DNA of 64,000 nt from an uncultured delta proteobacterium. Lineage in GTDB: Bacteria > Desulfobacterota > Syntrophia > Syntrophales > UBA2185. Below are positions 21,884-31,150 of this stretch, piece by piece. Location of the stretch: positions 18,243 through 82,242 of the forward strand of contig CAVOID010000015.1 of NCBI GenBank assembly GCA_963695875.1, in the 5' to 3' direction. Position 1 is the first letter of the stretch, and each line of letters opens with the position of its first letter. The notes under the pieces are model-generated. The model worked only from the letters and a program-made list of their open reading frames with translations. It searched no databases and was not told the DNA's origin. A program made the translations under genes and the position numbers.

Positions 21884-22315
21884 TTATTTAGGTTCGATTG
21901 GATACCCCGCATCCGTCCAGGCATGAAAACCACGCTTGAGGGCGCTTACCTTTTTAAAGCCATTGTCCAATAATATCTGTGCCGCACGGGCACTTGTCGC
22001 TTCATCGTGTCAGGTACAGTATGTAATGATCTCTTTGTCCCTCGGCAGTTCGTTGCTTCTGACCTCCAGTTGAACTATGGGAATCCTGATGGCCCCTCTT
22101 ATCCTGATCTTGCTATCGGCATATTCTCGTCCCGCTCGGACATCAACAATCACTATGTCCTCACCTTTATCCATCTTAGCCTTCAGTTCCTGCACTGTGA
22201 TTCTTGGAACTACATCGTCTGCAGATAAAACAACCGATACGATCAGCTGATTCAGTACACCGAAGAGCAGAGAAAGAAAGAGACCCTTTAAAAACCATCT
22301 CATCGCCATCCTCAT
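21884..22315 (-). CDS. Second exported rhodanese-domain selenoprotein candidate, 143 aa, Sec at codon 102 (YCTUHDEATSARAA)
   Basis: In-frame TGA at 22012-22010; continues QILLDNGFKKVSALKRGFHAWTDAGYPIEPK-TAA; hydrophobic N-terminus. Confidence 0.9.
21979..22012 (-). promoter_or_regulatory. Bacterial SECIS-like element
   Basis: UGA, 16 nt, then GUGCC-CGUGC-GGCAC. Confidence 0.8.
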
Positions 22316-22447
22316 CTCATCCTTCCGGGGTAAAATGCTTCTTAATTGCTGTGTCTAAAACTTACTGAATAACAAGTCGAGATCCAGACTTTATTATAAT
22401 GCATTAAGCCAGCTCAAAAATTGGGTGGGTCGTGGGTTGCTTGTTTA

Positions 22448-22933
22448 TTATTCCTTTTTTACTGAACGGGGGAAACAGCATTCCCAACTTGGCATACCAT
22501 CTTCCTCGTTGCGAAGTTTCATGGTGAAATCACCCTTGCTTATTTCCGTGGCAATGATCGCATTACCATACTTCTTACCCCTTACTTCAACCTTGTCGCC
22601 GGCCATAAATTTGATCTTCTGATTTTCAATGAACCACTTGGGTCCCATATAGACGACATACTTGTTATTCTGATCCGTAATGAATCTCATCTGCAGACCG
22701 TCTTTCACACCTTTCATCGGCTCAACTCTCGTTACTTTACCGGGCTCCACCACTATTGCTTCCATTCCCGTAAATGATGTCTCGGCATCAAGTCCGGGAA
22801 CTCCCAAAGTCCATGCACCCCTTGATACAGGGCCCGAGGACTGAGATGCCTGAGCAAACAGCTCTGGTGCGAAAGTCATGCTCACCAAGAACATCATTGC
22901 AACTACAACCGTCCAACGTGCTACCTTTCTCAT
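22448..22933 (-). CDS. Exported OB-fold-like hypothetical protein
   Basis: Signal peptide from MRKVAR with RBS AAGGAGG; VYMGPKWFI..GDKVEVRG..LRNEEDGMPSW; ends WECCFP. Confidence 0.7.
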   Translation of the reverse strand: MRKVARWTVVVAMMFLVSMTFAPELFAQASQSSGPVSRGAWTLGVPGLDAETSFTGMEAIVVEPGKVTRVEPMKGVKDGLQMRFITDQNNKYVVYMGPKWFIENQKIKFMAGDKVEVRGKKYGNAIIATEISKGDFTMKLRNEEDGMPSWECCFPRSVKKE

Positions 22934-23229
22934 ACTTTCCTCCTTGGTATCATTGTTTTGACCCACCCGATTTCGAGCTTAACGATTTAAAAAATGAACC
23001 TTCCATACCTCGTGACATCATCTTGTATCCCCTATGGGGTGATGATCCTGTCCAACACTCTGTTCTTTTTTGCGCAATCTGCAGGGATGGCTCCGGTACA
23101 AATAATATCTTTTGACTGCTATTAGTGTCAATCTCTAAATGCTGCATCATGCAACAGTTTATAATCAGGTATAGACTGATTTGTGGCTTCGAAATTCCTG
23201 CAGTAATCGCCCAATGTTGCATACAGGAA

Positions 23230-23325
23230 CGGAAAAGCCCGAAGCGATTGAGTTGGCAAAATTGGCTTCGGGCTTCTCTGGAAACGACCGGCCTCAAAGA
23301 AGGAGGAGGCATGAAAACAAAATAT
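23230..23325 (-). ncRNA. Candidate ~95-nt sRNA or attenuator leader
   Basis: Lies between a consensus promoter and terminator AAGCCCGAAGC..GCTTCGGGCTTTT; internal hairpin GCCTC-CTCCTTCTTT-GAGGC. Confidence 0.45.
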
Positions 23326-23331
23326 ATTTTA

Positions 23332-23360
23332 ATTATAAGCCTTTAGAAAGAGTCAGTCAA
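23332..23360 (-). promoter_or_regulatory. Sigma70 promoter
   Basis: TTGACT-17 nt-TATAAT. Confidence 0.7.
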
Positions 23361-23368
23361 TCCTTTTT

Positions 23369-23776
23369 CTATCAGTGCTGCTTCGCACATCGTTTTAACC
23401 TTATGTCCCTCCTTAATATTTTTAAGCCTGTTTATAATATTAGGTATTTGTTACTATTATTATGTATTCCCTGTTTATGGATTGCCTTCCTAAATGGATT
23501 AAAAAACACTGAACTTGGGCCGCTAACACCGCCGCGTTAGGGTTGAAGAAGTAATATTCTTATCATTTAGAATATTGCAGAGTACATTTTCTAGTTATAT
23601 TGTTATACAGATTCTAAGGTTTAATGGAAGTTATATTATTATTAAATTATAAATAAGAAAATAGTAAGGCAAAATTACTATTATGACAGGGTCTGCAGGT
23701 GGGTTCTGAGATTGACCTTCTGTTCAATTATTCCTAATTTGTCCCTGATGTGACAGCGATGCGCACCGACAGCACT
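23369..23776 (-). repeat. Copy 2 (inverted) of the luxR-3'/promoter module; includes a luxR C-terminal remnant and a dead start of an RCC1-like gene
   Basis: Encodes SAVGAHRCHIRDKLGIIEQKVNLRTHLQTLS-stop versus SAVSLHRYHIREKLGIIDQKINLRTHLQSLS; RBS kept, ATG changed to GTT. Confidence 0.9.
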
Positions 23777-23800
23777 TGCAATCTCCAACACATTTATCAT

Positions 23801-23829
23801 TTGACATTAAAACATTAGAAAATTACACT
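23801..23829 (+). promoter_or_regulatory. Sigma70 promoter of the hybrid kinase
   Basis: TTGACA-17 nt-TACACT. Confidence 0.6.
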
Positions 23830-23849
23830 ATAAAAAATCTCAATTTGTT

Positions 23850-25976
23850 ATGAGATTGCTGTGTTTTTCTTATATACCAGACAGCCATGGTGAAAATGAA
23901 GGGAACAGCCCCGTGAAAAATGATTTAAAAACAACTCAGGAACTTGTTGAGGAGCTGGCTTCTGTAAAACATAGAATTGCAGAGCTGGAGCAAGCTGAGA
24001 AGAAACATCTCACAATCATTCAAAATATCCGGGACGGCATCTATATGCTCGACAGCTCCGGTAAGTTCACATTTGTCAATGATGTGATTATAGAGCGCTC
24101 TGGCTTCCCGGCAGAGTGGTTTTTAGGCAGAAGTTATCTCGATGTCGTCAGCACAGAAGACCGTGAACGCGTGCAGAGCATTTTCAACGCTTCGAAGGAT
24201 GGGAGAACACGTACTTACGATCTTTATCTTTCTTATCCAACTGCCTCCGGGAAACTTATATGTGTCGAGGTGTGTGCAGTGCCTCTCTTAGACGGTGATA
24301 AAGTGATTGGTCGGATAGGTATCTCACGTGACGTCACCGAACGTAAACAGATGGAAGAGGTCTTAAGGGCAAGTGAAACTAGTTTCCGGCGTATTTTCAA
24401 TCAATCACCCATTGGAGCAGCGATTGTAACACCGAATAATCGTTTTGCCCTCGTTAATGAAGCCCTATGTCGCATGATGGGATACACGGAGAAGGAATTA
24501 ACGTCGTTTACATTCACAGACATCACACACCCCGACCACTTGGCCACTGATACAGAACAGGTGAAACGTCTTGTTGCCGGAGAGATCGACGAGTATGCAA
24601 CCGATAAAAGGTATATTCGCAAGGACGGCGCTGTCATCTGGGGACGATTGTCGGTGCGGGCAATCAGAGACGCGACGGGCCGTCTTCTTTATTCTTTGCC
24701 GTTTGTAGTCGATATCACTGAACGCAAGCAGGCGGAGGAGGCTCTGAAAGAGACAGAACGAAGGTTATACGAGATTATTGAGGAGTTAAAAATTGCCAAA
24801 GAGTCAGCCGAAGCCGCCACACGTGCAAAGACGGATTTTCTGGCCAACATGAGTCACGAGATCAGGACACCGATAAATGCGATCATCGGATTATCCAACC
24901 TCTTCTGGAATACGGACGTCTCGGTCAAGCAACGCGATTACTTGAACAAAATAGAGACTTCGGCCAGGTCCCTGCTGGGAGTCATCAATGATATCCTGGA
25001 TATCTCCAAAATCGAGGCGGGCAAGCTGGAGATGGAATACGTCGATTTCCGGTTGCATGACATCATGAACAACATAACCACCATGTTTTCCGCGAAGGCC
25101 ATTGAAAAGAGGATCGAACTTATGGTGTCCATAGCAGGGGATGTGCCGTGCGAGTTGTTGGGAGATCCCTTACGCCTGGAGCAGGTGCTGGTGAATCTAA
25201 CGGGCAATGCGGTCAAATTCACGGAGTCAGGATTGATTATGGTAAAGGCAGAACTGATTGAAAAGGATGCAGTGCGCTGCAGACTGAGATTTTCCGTTAT
25301 GGATTCCGGCATAGGGATGACCGGAGATGAGATATCCAGGCTCTTTGCGGCCTTCTCTCAGGCGGACAGTTCCATAACCAGGAAGTTTGGCGGCACGGGT
25401 CTTGGCTTGGCCATTTCGAGGCGGCTGGTGGAGATGATGGGTGGGGAGATACATGTGGAGAGTGAGCCAGACAGAGGCAGCACCTTCACTTTTACGGTGG
25501 AGTTCGGATGGCAGCCGGAGGTGTGGGATGATAAAAAAGGAAAGATCGCCGCTCAGCCAGCGGCGGACTTCACGGGAGCGCGGTTGCTTTTGGTTGAGGA
25601 TAATCTTATAAATCAGGAGGTAGCGAGAGAGATTCTGGAAGGCGCCGGTTTCGTAGTTGATGCGGTGAATAATGGCCTTGAAGCGGTGGAGGCAGTGCGC
25701 TCAAATGACTATGACGCTGTAGTCATGGATGTGGAGATGCCGGTGATGAGCGGATACGAAGCCACACGTCTGATCCGGGGAGATGCTCGCAGCAAGGATC
25801 TGCCGATCATTGCCATGACCGCTCATGCCCTTCAGGAAGTGCGAGAAGAATGCCTGGCGGTTGGTATGAACGACTATGTTACAAAGCCGATAGAAAAGGG
25901 CTGGGTGTTTTCAGTCCTTAGCCGTTGGGTGAAGCCCCGGTCATTGGTCCGGGACAGTAAAACGGCAACTGATTAG
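23850..25976 (+). CDS. PAS-PAS hybrid histidine kinase with receiver domain
   Basis: FLANMSHEIRTP, NLTGNAVKFT, DSGIG, GGTGLGL, LLVEDN..MDVEMP..KP; start uncertain (23888 or 23913 possible). Confidence 0.93.
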   Translation: MRLLCFSYIPDSHGENEGNSPVKNDLKTTQELVEELASVKHRIAELEQAEKKHLTIIQNIRDGIYMLDSSGKFTFVNDVIIERSGFPAEWFLGRSYLDVVSTEDRERVQSIFNASKDGRTRTYDLYLSYPTASGKLICVEVCAVPLLDGDKVIGRIGISRDVTERKQMEEVLRASETSFRRIFNQSPIGAAIVTPNNRFALVNEALCRMMGYTEKELTSFTFTDITHPDHLATDTEQVKRLVAGEIDEYATDKRYIRKDGAVIWGRLSVRAIRDATGRLLYSLPFVVDITERKQAEEALKETERRLYEIIEELKIAKESAEAATRAKTDFLANMSHEIRTPINAIIGLSNLFWNTDVSVKQRDYLNKIETSARSLLGVINDILDISKIEAGKLEMEYVDFRLHDIMNNITTMFSAKAIEKRIELMVSIAGDVPCELLGDPLRLEQVLVNLTGNAVKFTESGLIMVKAELIEKDAVRCRLRFSVMDSGIGMTGDEISRLFAAFSQADSSITRKFGGTGLGLAISRRLVEMMGGEIHVESEPDRGSTFTFTVEFGWQPEVWDDKKGKIAAQPAADFTGARLLLVEDNLINQEVAREILEGAGFVVDAVNNGLEAVEAVRSNDYDAVVMDVEMPVMSGYEATRLIRGDARSKDLPIIAMTAHALQEVREECLAVGMNDYVTKPIEKGWVFSVLSRWVKPRSLVRDSKTATD

Positions 25977-26022
25977 AGAGGACCGAACAGGCCGGCAACA
26001 ATATATTTCTATGGAGCAACAT

Positions 26023-26130
26023 ATGACACAGGATGGGCAGGAAAAGAATTACCGAATATTGGTTGTGGACGATGCTTACAAAATATACAGGTTATTGAAA
26101 ATATGTTGCAAAAAGGCGGTACGAGAGGCT
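26023..26130 (+). pseudogene. Response-regulator N-terminal remnant
   Basis: MTQDGQEKNYRILVVDDA, then shifted frame QNIQVIENMLQKGG; no continuation. Confidence 0.55.
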
Positions 26131-26217
26131 GTATCGATTTTTCCGTCCCCATATCCAGAAGGAGTGATTTGTCTCTGCATATAAACTGTCAGCAAATATT
26201 AATAATACAGAATAAGC

Positions 26218-27522
26218 ATGGACTGGCTTCTACATCTCCCCGCATATATTAAAGTAGGTGGTTCCTTCCTGGGAATTTTGATGCTGAACTATTTTGGTCT
26301 GCCCCTGGGTCTGGCTATTCTCCTTTTTTCTATTCTTCTTCCCTTGTGGGCCGGCACAGGTATGAACGGTCTTTACTACCAGATTGAAAGTTTTTCCCAG
26401 CCCCAGAATTATATACTACCCGTGATCATTCTCCTGCTTCTTTTTTTTACCGAATCGCTGAGCAAAACGGGCCGGATGGAACGCACGATCGGGGCGCTGA
26501 AAGAATGGCTGAAGAGCAAGCATATTATCTTGGCTGGACTACCCGCACTGGTGGGACTACTTCCTATGCCCGCCGGCGCCCTGTTTTCGGCACCCTTTGT
26601 GGCCTCCGTTGATGAAAAAAAAGAACTCGAACTGTCTCACAAAGTCGCCATCAATTACTGGTTCCGTCATATCTGGGAATACTGGTGGCCCCTTTACCCC
26701 GGTGTAATTCTTGCCATGCAGTACTCGAGACTTCCGGTAATTACCTTTTTTTTAATACAGATTCCTTTTACCCTCGCAGCAGTGCTTGGAGGGTATATCT
26801 TCATTCTGCGGAGGGTTAAAGGCGAAGATGAGCAGAACCGTGGTTATGGAAAAATGGACATCGGTGAAGTCTTCTCGGCAATGGGACCTATCGGACTCCT
26901 CGTCACTTTATCGATCCTGGGATCGGCAGTACTGCCCCTTTGGGGCATCGAGGGTACACTTGCCAATTTGATAGCCATGCTGATCGGCCTTATCATTGCC
27001 CTTGGGTCCATTTTCTCCGGCCACGCTGCGGCATTCAGGCCGTCACTCCGCATGCTTAAACGTATGGATACCTGGCTCATGATAGCCCTTGTCGTGGGAA
27101 TACAAGCCTTTTCCGCAGCCCTGCTGTGTCCGTTCAATGCTGGCGGTGACACATTAATCACAGGGATGCGCGATGAATTCATCAGAACAGGCATTCCTTT
27201 GATCACGGTAATCATGCTTATCCCCTTCATCTCCGGCATGGTGACGGGAGTTGCTTTCGGCTTTGTCGGCGCCAGTTTCCCGATCGTATTTGCCCTCGTT
27301 GGACCGGAACCGTCTCCTGCGCTGTCCGCGGCAACTACGGCCTTTGCCTATTCATTCGGCTACATGGGAATGATGCTTTCTCCTATGCATGCCTGCTTCG
27401 TCGTTACTGCTGAATATTTCTGTACAACTGTTTTTGGCGCTTATCGTTATATTATCGGGCCGGTAGTCATCATTCTGCTCACAGCGATTGTCCTGTCAGG
27501 CATCTATTATATTACATTCTGA
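26218..27522 (+). CDS. DUF401-family multi-pass membrane protein
   Basis: LPALVGLLPMPAGALFSAP, INYWFRHIWEYWWPLYPG, GMMLSPMHAC. Confidence 0.85.
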   Translation: MDWLLHLPAYIKVGGSFLGILMLNYFGLPLGLAILLFSILLPLWAGTGMNGLYYQIESFSQPQNYILPVIILLLLFFTESLSKTGRMERTIGALKEWLKSKHIILAGLPALVGLLPMPAGALFSAPFVASVDEKKELELSHKVAINYWFRHIWEYWWPLYPGVILAMQYSRLPVITFFLIQIPFTLAAVLGGYIFILRRVKGEDEQNRGYGKMDIGEVFSAMGPIGLLVTLSILGSAVLPLWGIEGTLANLIAMLIGLIIALGSIFSGHAAAFRPSLRMLKRMDTWLMIALVVGIQAFSAALLCPFNAGGDTLITGMRDEFIRTGIPLITVIMLIPFISGMVTGVAFGFVGASFPIVFALVGPEPSPALSAATTAFAYSFGYMGMMLSPMHACFVVTAEYFCTTVFGAYRYIIGPVVIILLTAIVLSGIYYITF

Positions 27523-27687
27523 CAGAGTGGATTTGTGAACCCTTTCATCTATCATAACGTGCAGCATCCTGTTTGGAGGAAGGACCACCTTTTCTGAAGT
27601 TTGGATGAATATTTCTCTTCCTGATCCTAGAAATTGCACCCCCGTCATTGATGGGAGATTACGATCAACAACCCGATCCAATCAAAT

Positions 27688-27718
27688 AAAAAAAGGCAGG
27701 GTCTCTCGGCCCTGCCTT
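27688..27718 (-). terminator. Intrinsic terminator
   Basis: Minus strand AAGGCAGGG-ccgagaga-CCCTGCCTTTTTTT. Confidence 0.75.
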
Positions 27719-27767
27719 GAACTATCGTGGTTTACGTCCCCTATAGCTATTTACTCTTCATATCTGC

Positions 27768-27986
27768 TCAACTTATAGGAGGAGTACATGCACCAGAAGG
27801 AGGTGTATAAGGTTTTCGAGCGCCAGTCTTTTTCCTTGATTCTTTAATCTCATCCATTGTCATGCCTCTGCGGGGGATAACTAACTTCTGGCCCCGACAG
27901 ATCAGATTCTAATTCTGATTCTTAATTTTATCTTTGGTTGCCTCGTAAATAACCGGCCACAGGAATGGATCTCTATAAATACTTTC
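27768..27986 (-). pseudogene. LysM-domain protein remnant
   Basis: IYRDPFLWPVIYEATKDKIKNQN*NLICRGQKLVIPR; internal TAG and no start. Confidence 0.7.
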
Positions 27987-28054
27987 AGCTTGCTTATCTG
28001 CCCTGGACAATCTCTCTTCTTAGCCACATGCGACCACATCATTGACTTGTCTCC

Positions 28055-28606
28055 CTATTTTTGGGGCGTCACGACAAAATGGTCTCTCCTGTTTTTTGCC
28101 CAAGCTTCTTCGTTGTGTCCCGGATCCAGGGGTCTTTCCTTACCATAACTTATCGTTTTTAACCTTTTCCCATCAATCCCAAGTTCAACAAGATATTTCA
28201 TGGCTTCCTTAGCGCGTCTTTCGCCAAGCGCAAGGTTGTACTCAGTCGTTCCTCTTTCATCACAGTTCCCTTCAATGAGCGCATCATAATTTTTGTTTTT
28301 CGTGAGCCAGCCTGCGAGCTGTTTAACAATGTCCCTGGCTTCAGGCCTGAGACTGAATTTATCGAACTCAAAATAAATATCTTTAAATGCGATTCCCTCT
28401 TTTGCGGAAGCGGCCGTCTCCTGCGTTGCTTCTGCCTCAGCACCTTTTCCTTTTTCAGTTACGGTGCCGGCACCCGCTGTTGATTCCTTCTGGACAGCCG
28501 ATTCCTCCCCCTTCACAACAGCTTTCTGTGTACATCCAATAGTAAATAATGACAAAAGCCAAAGTATGGAAATAATCCAAACCACTAATTTCGGACGCCT
28601 TTTCAT
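28055..28606 (-). CDS. pal: Peptidoglycan-associated lipoprotein
   Basis: Lipobox TIGC; DIYFEFDK, IEGNCDERGTTEYNLALGERRA, SYGKERP, NRR. Confidence 0.93.
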   Translation of the reverse strand: MKRRPKLVVWIISILWLLSLFTIGCTQKAVVKGEESAVQKESTAGAGTVTEKGKGAEAEATQETAASAKEGIAFKDIYFEFDKFSLRPEARDIVKQLAGWLTKNKNYDALIEGNCDERGTTEYNLALGERRAKEAMKYLVELGIDGKRLKTISYGKERPLDPGHNEEAWAKNRRDHFVVTPQK

Positions 28607-28747
28607 CTTAACCCTCCTCTCATAAGATTATTTCAACATACAATATTTGATAATTTGCAATTTGTCAATTGATTTTTACACAAATTATTTGTATAGAAAC
28701 GTAAAATGCATTAGAATAAATGCAGATGATTATAGAAAGGATCAGAT

Positions 28748-29248
28748 ATGCCCCAAAAAGCAAAAGTGGTATCGGACATTATAAACAATATTCGCAGGGT
28801 TTTTAAAGTTGTGAACGAGCAGTCAAAGAAAGCAAAAAGGGTTACAGGCATCACAGGGCCTCAACTTTGGGCAATCAAGATTATAGGAGACTTGTCGCCA
28901 GTTAGGGTCTCTGACCTGGCAAGCCGCATGTATATACATCCTGCTACGGTGGTCGGCATACTCGATCGCCTTGAATCAAAAGGGCTTGTAAAGAGGGTGA
29001 GGTCCAGAGATGACAAGAGGGTTGTAACGGTTGAACTGACGGATGTTGGCAAGAAACTCGTTAGAAAAGCGCCGGAAGTTGCTCAAGGGTTATTAGTTGC
29101 CGGTCTCGAGGTACTAACTCTTAAAAAGCTGCAAAGTATAGCTCAAGGGTTAGATGAACTCGTGCACATTCTGGGAGCCCAAGAATTACCACCGCGATTG
29201 ATTCTTCTGCCTGAGGTGAATCGGCCTAAAAAGCGAAAAAAGGAATAA
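28748..29248 (+). CDS. MarR-family regulator
   Basis: GITGPQLW..DLA..TVVGILDRLESKGLVKR..DKRVVTVELT. Confidence 0.9.
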   Translation: MPQKAKVVSDIINNIRRVFKVVNEQSKKAKRVTGITGPQLWAIKIIGDLSPVRVSDLASRMYIHPATVVGILDRLESKGLVKRVRSRDDKRVVTVELTDVGKKLVRKAPEVAQGLLVAGLEVLTLKKLQSIAQGLDELVHILGAQELPPRLILLPEVNRPKKRKKE

Positions 29249-29720
29249 GATGGCACACATCACAAAAGATTCCAAGATACCTGCAATGCTCCATTTCCAT
29301 CCACTATTTCCACCTTATTAAATATATCCGGGGTAACACTTTGTGAAAGAGACCATGTTTAGCATCAGGCCGGTGATCCTCAATCCAATGAAGTGAAAAA
29401 TCCCGAATTTCCCCTGTAGTCATTCTTGGGCATAATGATGCCTCCATCATCTTCATTACAAATTTTGTCCGAGAAGGTTTTTCTTTTTTGCTGATATTAC
29501 TAATTTTTTTATTTCTTTTGCCGATATAAGACACAGATGCTTATATCCGTTGTGCCAGGTCTTGTTGGAAGAATTCTTTGCCTTTGACACTGGTATCAAT
29601 CTTGCCTCTTTTCATCTTTCCATGAAGGAATGGAGAAAAGATTTCCCAGATTGTATTGGTTGAGGAATTGCCGGAAAAATGAGCCACGTAGCGATCAGAC
29701 TTTTAAAAAGAGGCGGAGAA

Positions 29721-29876
29721 ATGGTCCACCGTTTTCAAGACTATATTAAAACCAGGCCATGGAATGATAACATGGATGATATTGAAGATGTCATCAAACC
29801 CTTTATGTGGGTAGTAATCGCCTTCACTTTTGTTTTTATCATCCTTCAGGTAGTTGTCTCGATCCTTCTGATGTAA
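29721..29876 (+). CDS. Small single-TM hypothetical protein
   Basis: RBS GGAG; C-terminal hydrophobic helix. Confidence 0.4.
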   Translation: MVHRFQDYIKTRPWNDNMDDIEDVIKPFMWVVIAFTFVFIILQVVVSILLM

Positions 29877-30055
29877 CTTTACAGCTAACAGTTCTTTCTA
29901 TTAAATTTCCCGTCACATGCCATGAAAAAGATTCTCATCACCGCTGCTAACGTCTTCATTGGGTTCCATCAACCGGCGCGTTACCCGATTATTAATCATA
30001 AAATTATGGGTGCGAAATGCCCGGCTGCTAATTCTTGCCTTTCAAATGCCGCGAC

Positions 30056-31150
30056 TTAGTCCCCGAAAGAGATCCCAATTTCCCGAGCCGTCTTAATTTT
30101 ATCACTATCAATGGGAACATTTTTTATGCGTCCGATTATCTTCTCAAGGGGCACTGCTTTTATATGCGGCGGATCAAGGGCCACCATGGTACCGAACTTT
30201 TGCTCCCCAATACTGCGAACGGCCGCCGCACCGAAACGGAGGGCTACCAGCCGATCAAATGTTGTAGGAGGACCGCCGCGCTGTAAATGGCCAAGAACCA
30301 GGGACCGTGTCTCTTTACCCGTACGTGCCGCAATCTCCTTTGCTAAATACTCCCCTATACCACCCAGAACGACATCCTGCCGGCCAATTTCTCCCTTGCC
30401 TTTGTCCATTGTACGACCGCCGGCAGGGGATGCCCCTTCTGCAACGACAACAATTGAGTAATGTTGGCCGCGAACATCGTAGTCCATTATGTGATCGCAG
30501 ACCTTATCAATATGAAATGGTATCTCCGGAATGAGAATAACATCCGCTGATCCGGATAAGCCACTATTCAACGCAATCCACCCTGAATGACGCCCCATAA
30601 CCTCTACAACCATTACCCGTTCATGTGACTTGGCTGTGGAATGAAGACGGTCAATGGCCTCTGTAGCTATACTTACGGCAGTGTCAAAACCGAAGGTGAT
30701 TACTGTCTCACAGATATCATTATCTATGGTCTTGGGCACACCAACGACAGGTATTCCTTTCTTAAATAAATCATAAGCAATACCTAAGCTGCCATCACCG
30801 CCTACCGCTACCAGGCAATCAAAACGAAGGCGTTTAAAATTTTCGATGACTTTATCCGATACATCACGTATTTCAACCTCACCGGCCATATTTGTTACCG
30901 GCATTTGAAATGGATTGCCCCGGTTTGTTGTCCCCAGGATCGTCCCCCCGGTGTTGGAAATGTGACTTACTATTTCAGGAGTCAAACGGATAACTTCATC
31001 AGTATTCAGGAGACCGGTGTAACTATTCTTGATACCATATACTTCCCAACCTCTGTTGTAGGCCGCCATGACAACAGCTTCAATAACTGCATTAAGTCCG
31101 GGTGCATCGCCTCCCCCGGTATTTATGGCAATTCTCATCTTCTTTTCCAT
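30056..31150 (-). CDS. pfkA: 6-phosphofructokinase (GGDG/PKTIDND type)
   Basis: TGGGDAPGLN, GGTILGT, GGDGS, PKTIDND, EVMGR, LGHLQRGG. Confidence 0.93.
   Translation of the reverse strand: MEKKMRIAINTGGGDAPGLNAVIEAVVMAAYNRGWEVYGIKNSYTGLLNTDEVIRLTPEIVSHISNTGGTILGTTNRGNPFQMPVTNMAGEVEIRDVSDKVIENFKRLRFDCLVAVGGDGSLGIAYDLFKKGIPVVGVPKTIDNDICETVITFGFDTAVSIATEAIDRLHSTAKSHERVMVVEVMGRHSGWIALNSGLSGSADVILIPEIPFHIDKVCDHIMDYDVRGQHYSIVVVAEGASPAGGRTMDKGKGEIGRQDVVLGGIGEYLAKEIAARTGKETRSLVLGHLQRGGPPTTFDRLVALRFGAAAVRSIGEQKFGTMVALDPPHIKAVPLEKIIGRIKNVPIDSDKIKTAREIGISFGD

Noticed and set aside
22448..22933. Magnetosome gene (resemblance to MamS/MamX-type OB domains)
   Set aside because: No other mam genes and no haem-binding CxxCH motifs
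29304..29534. Short minus-strand ORF downstream of marR
   Set aside because: No motif, no convincing RBS and no coding signal I can support
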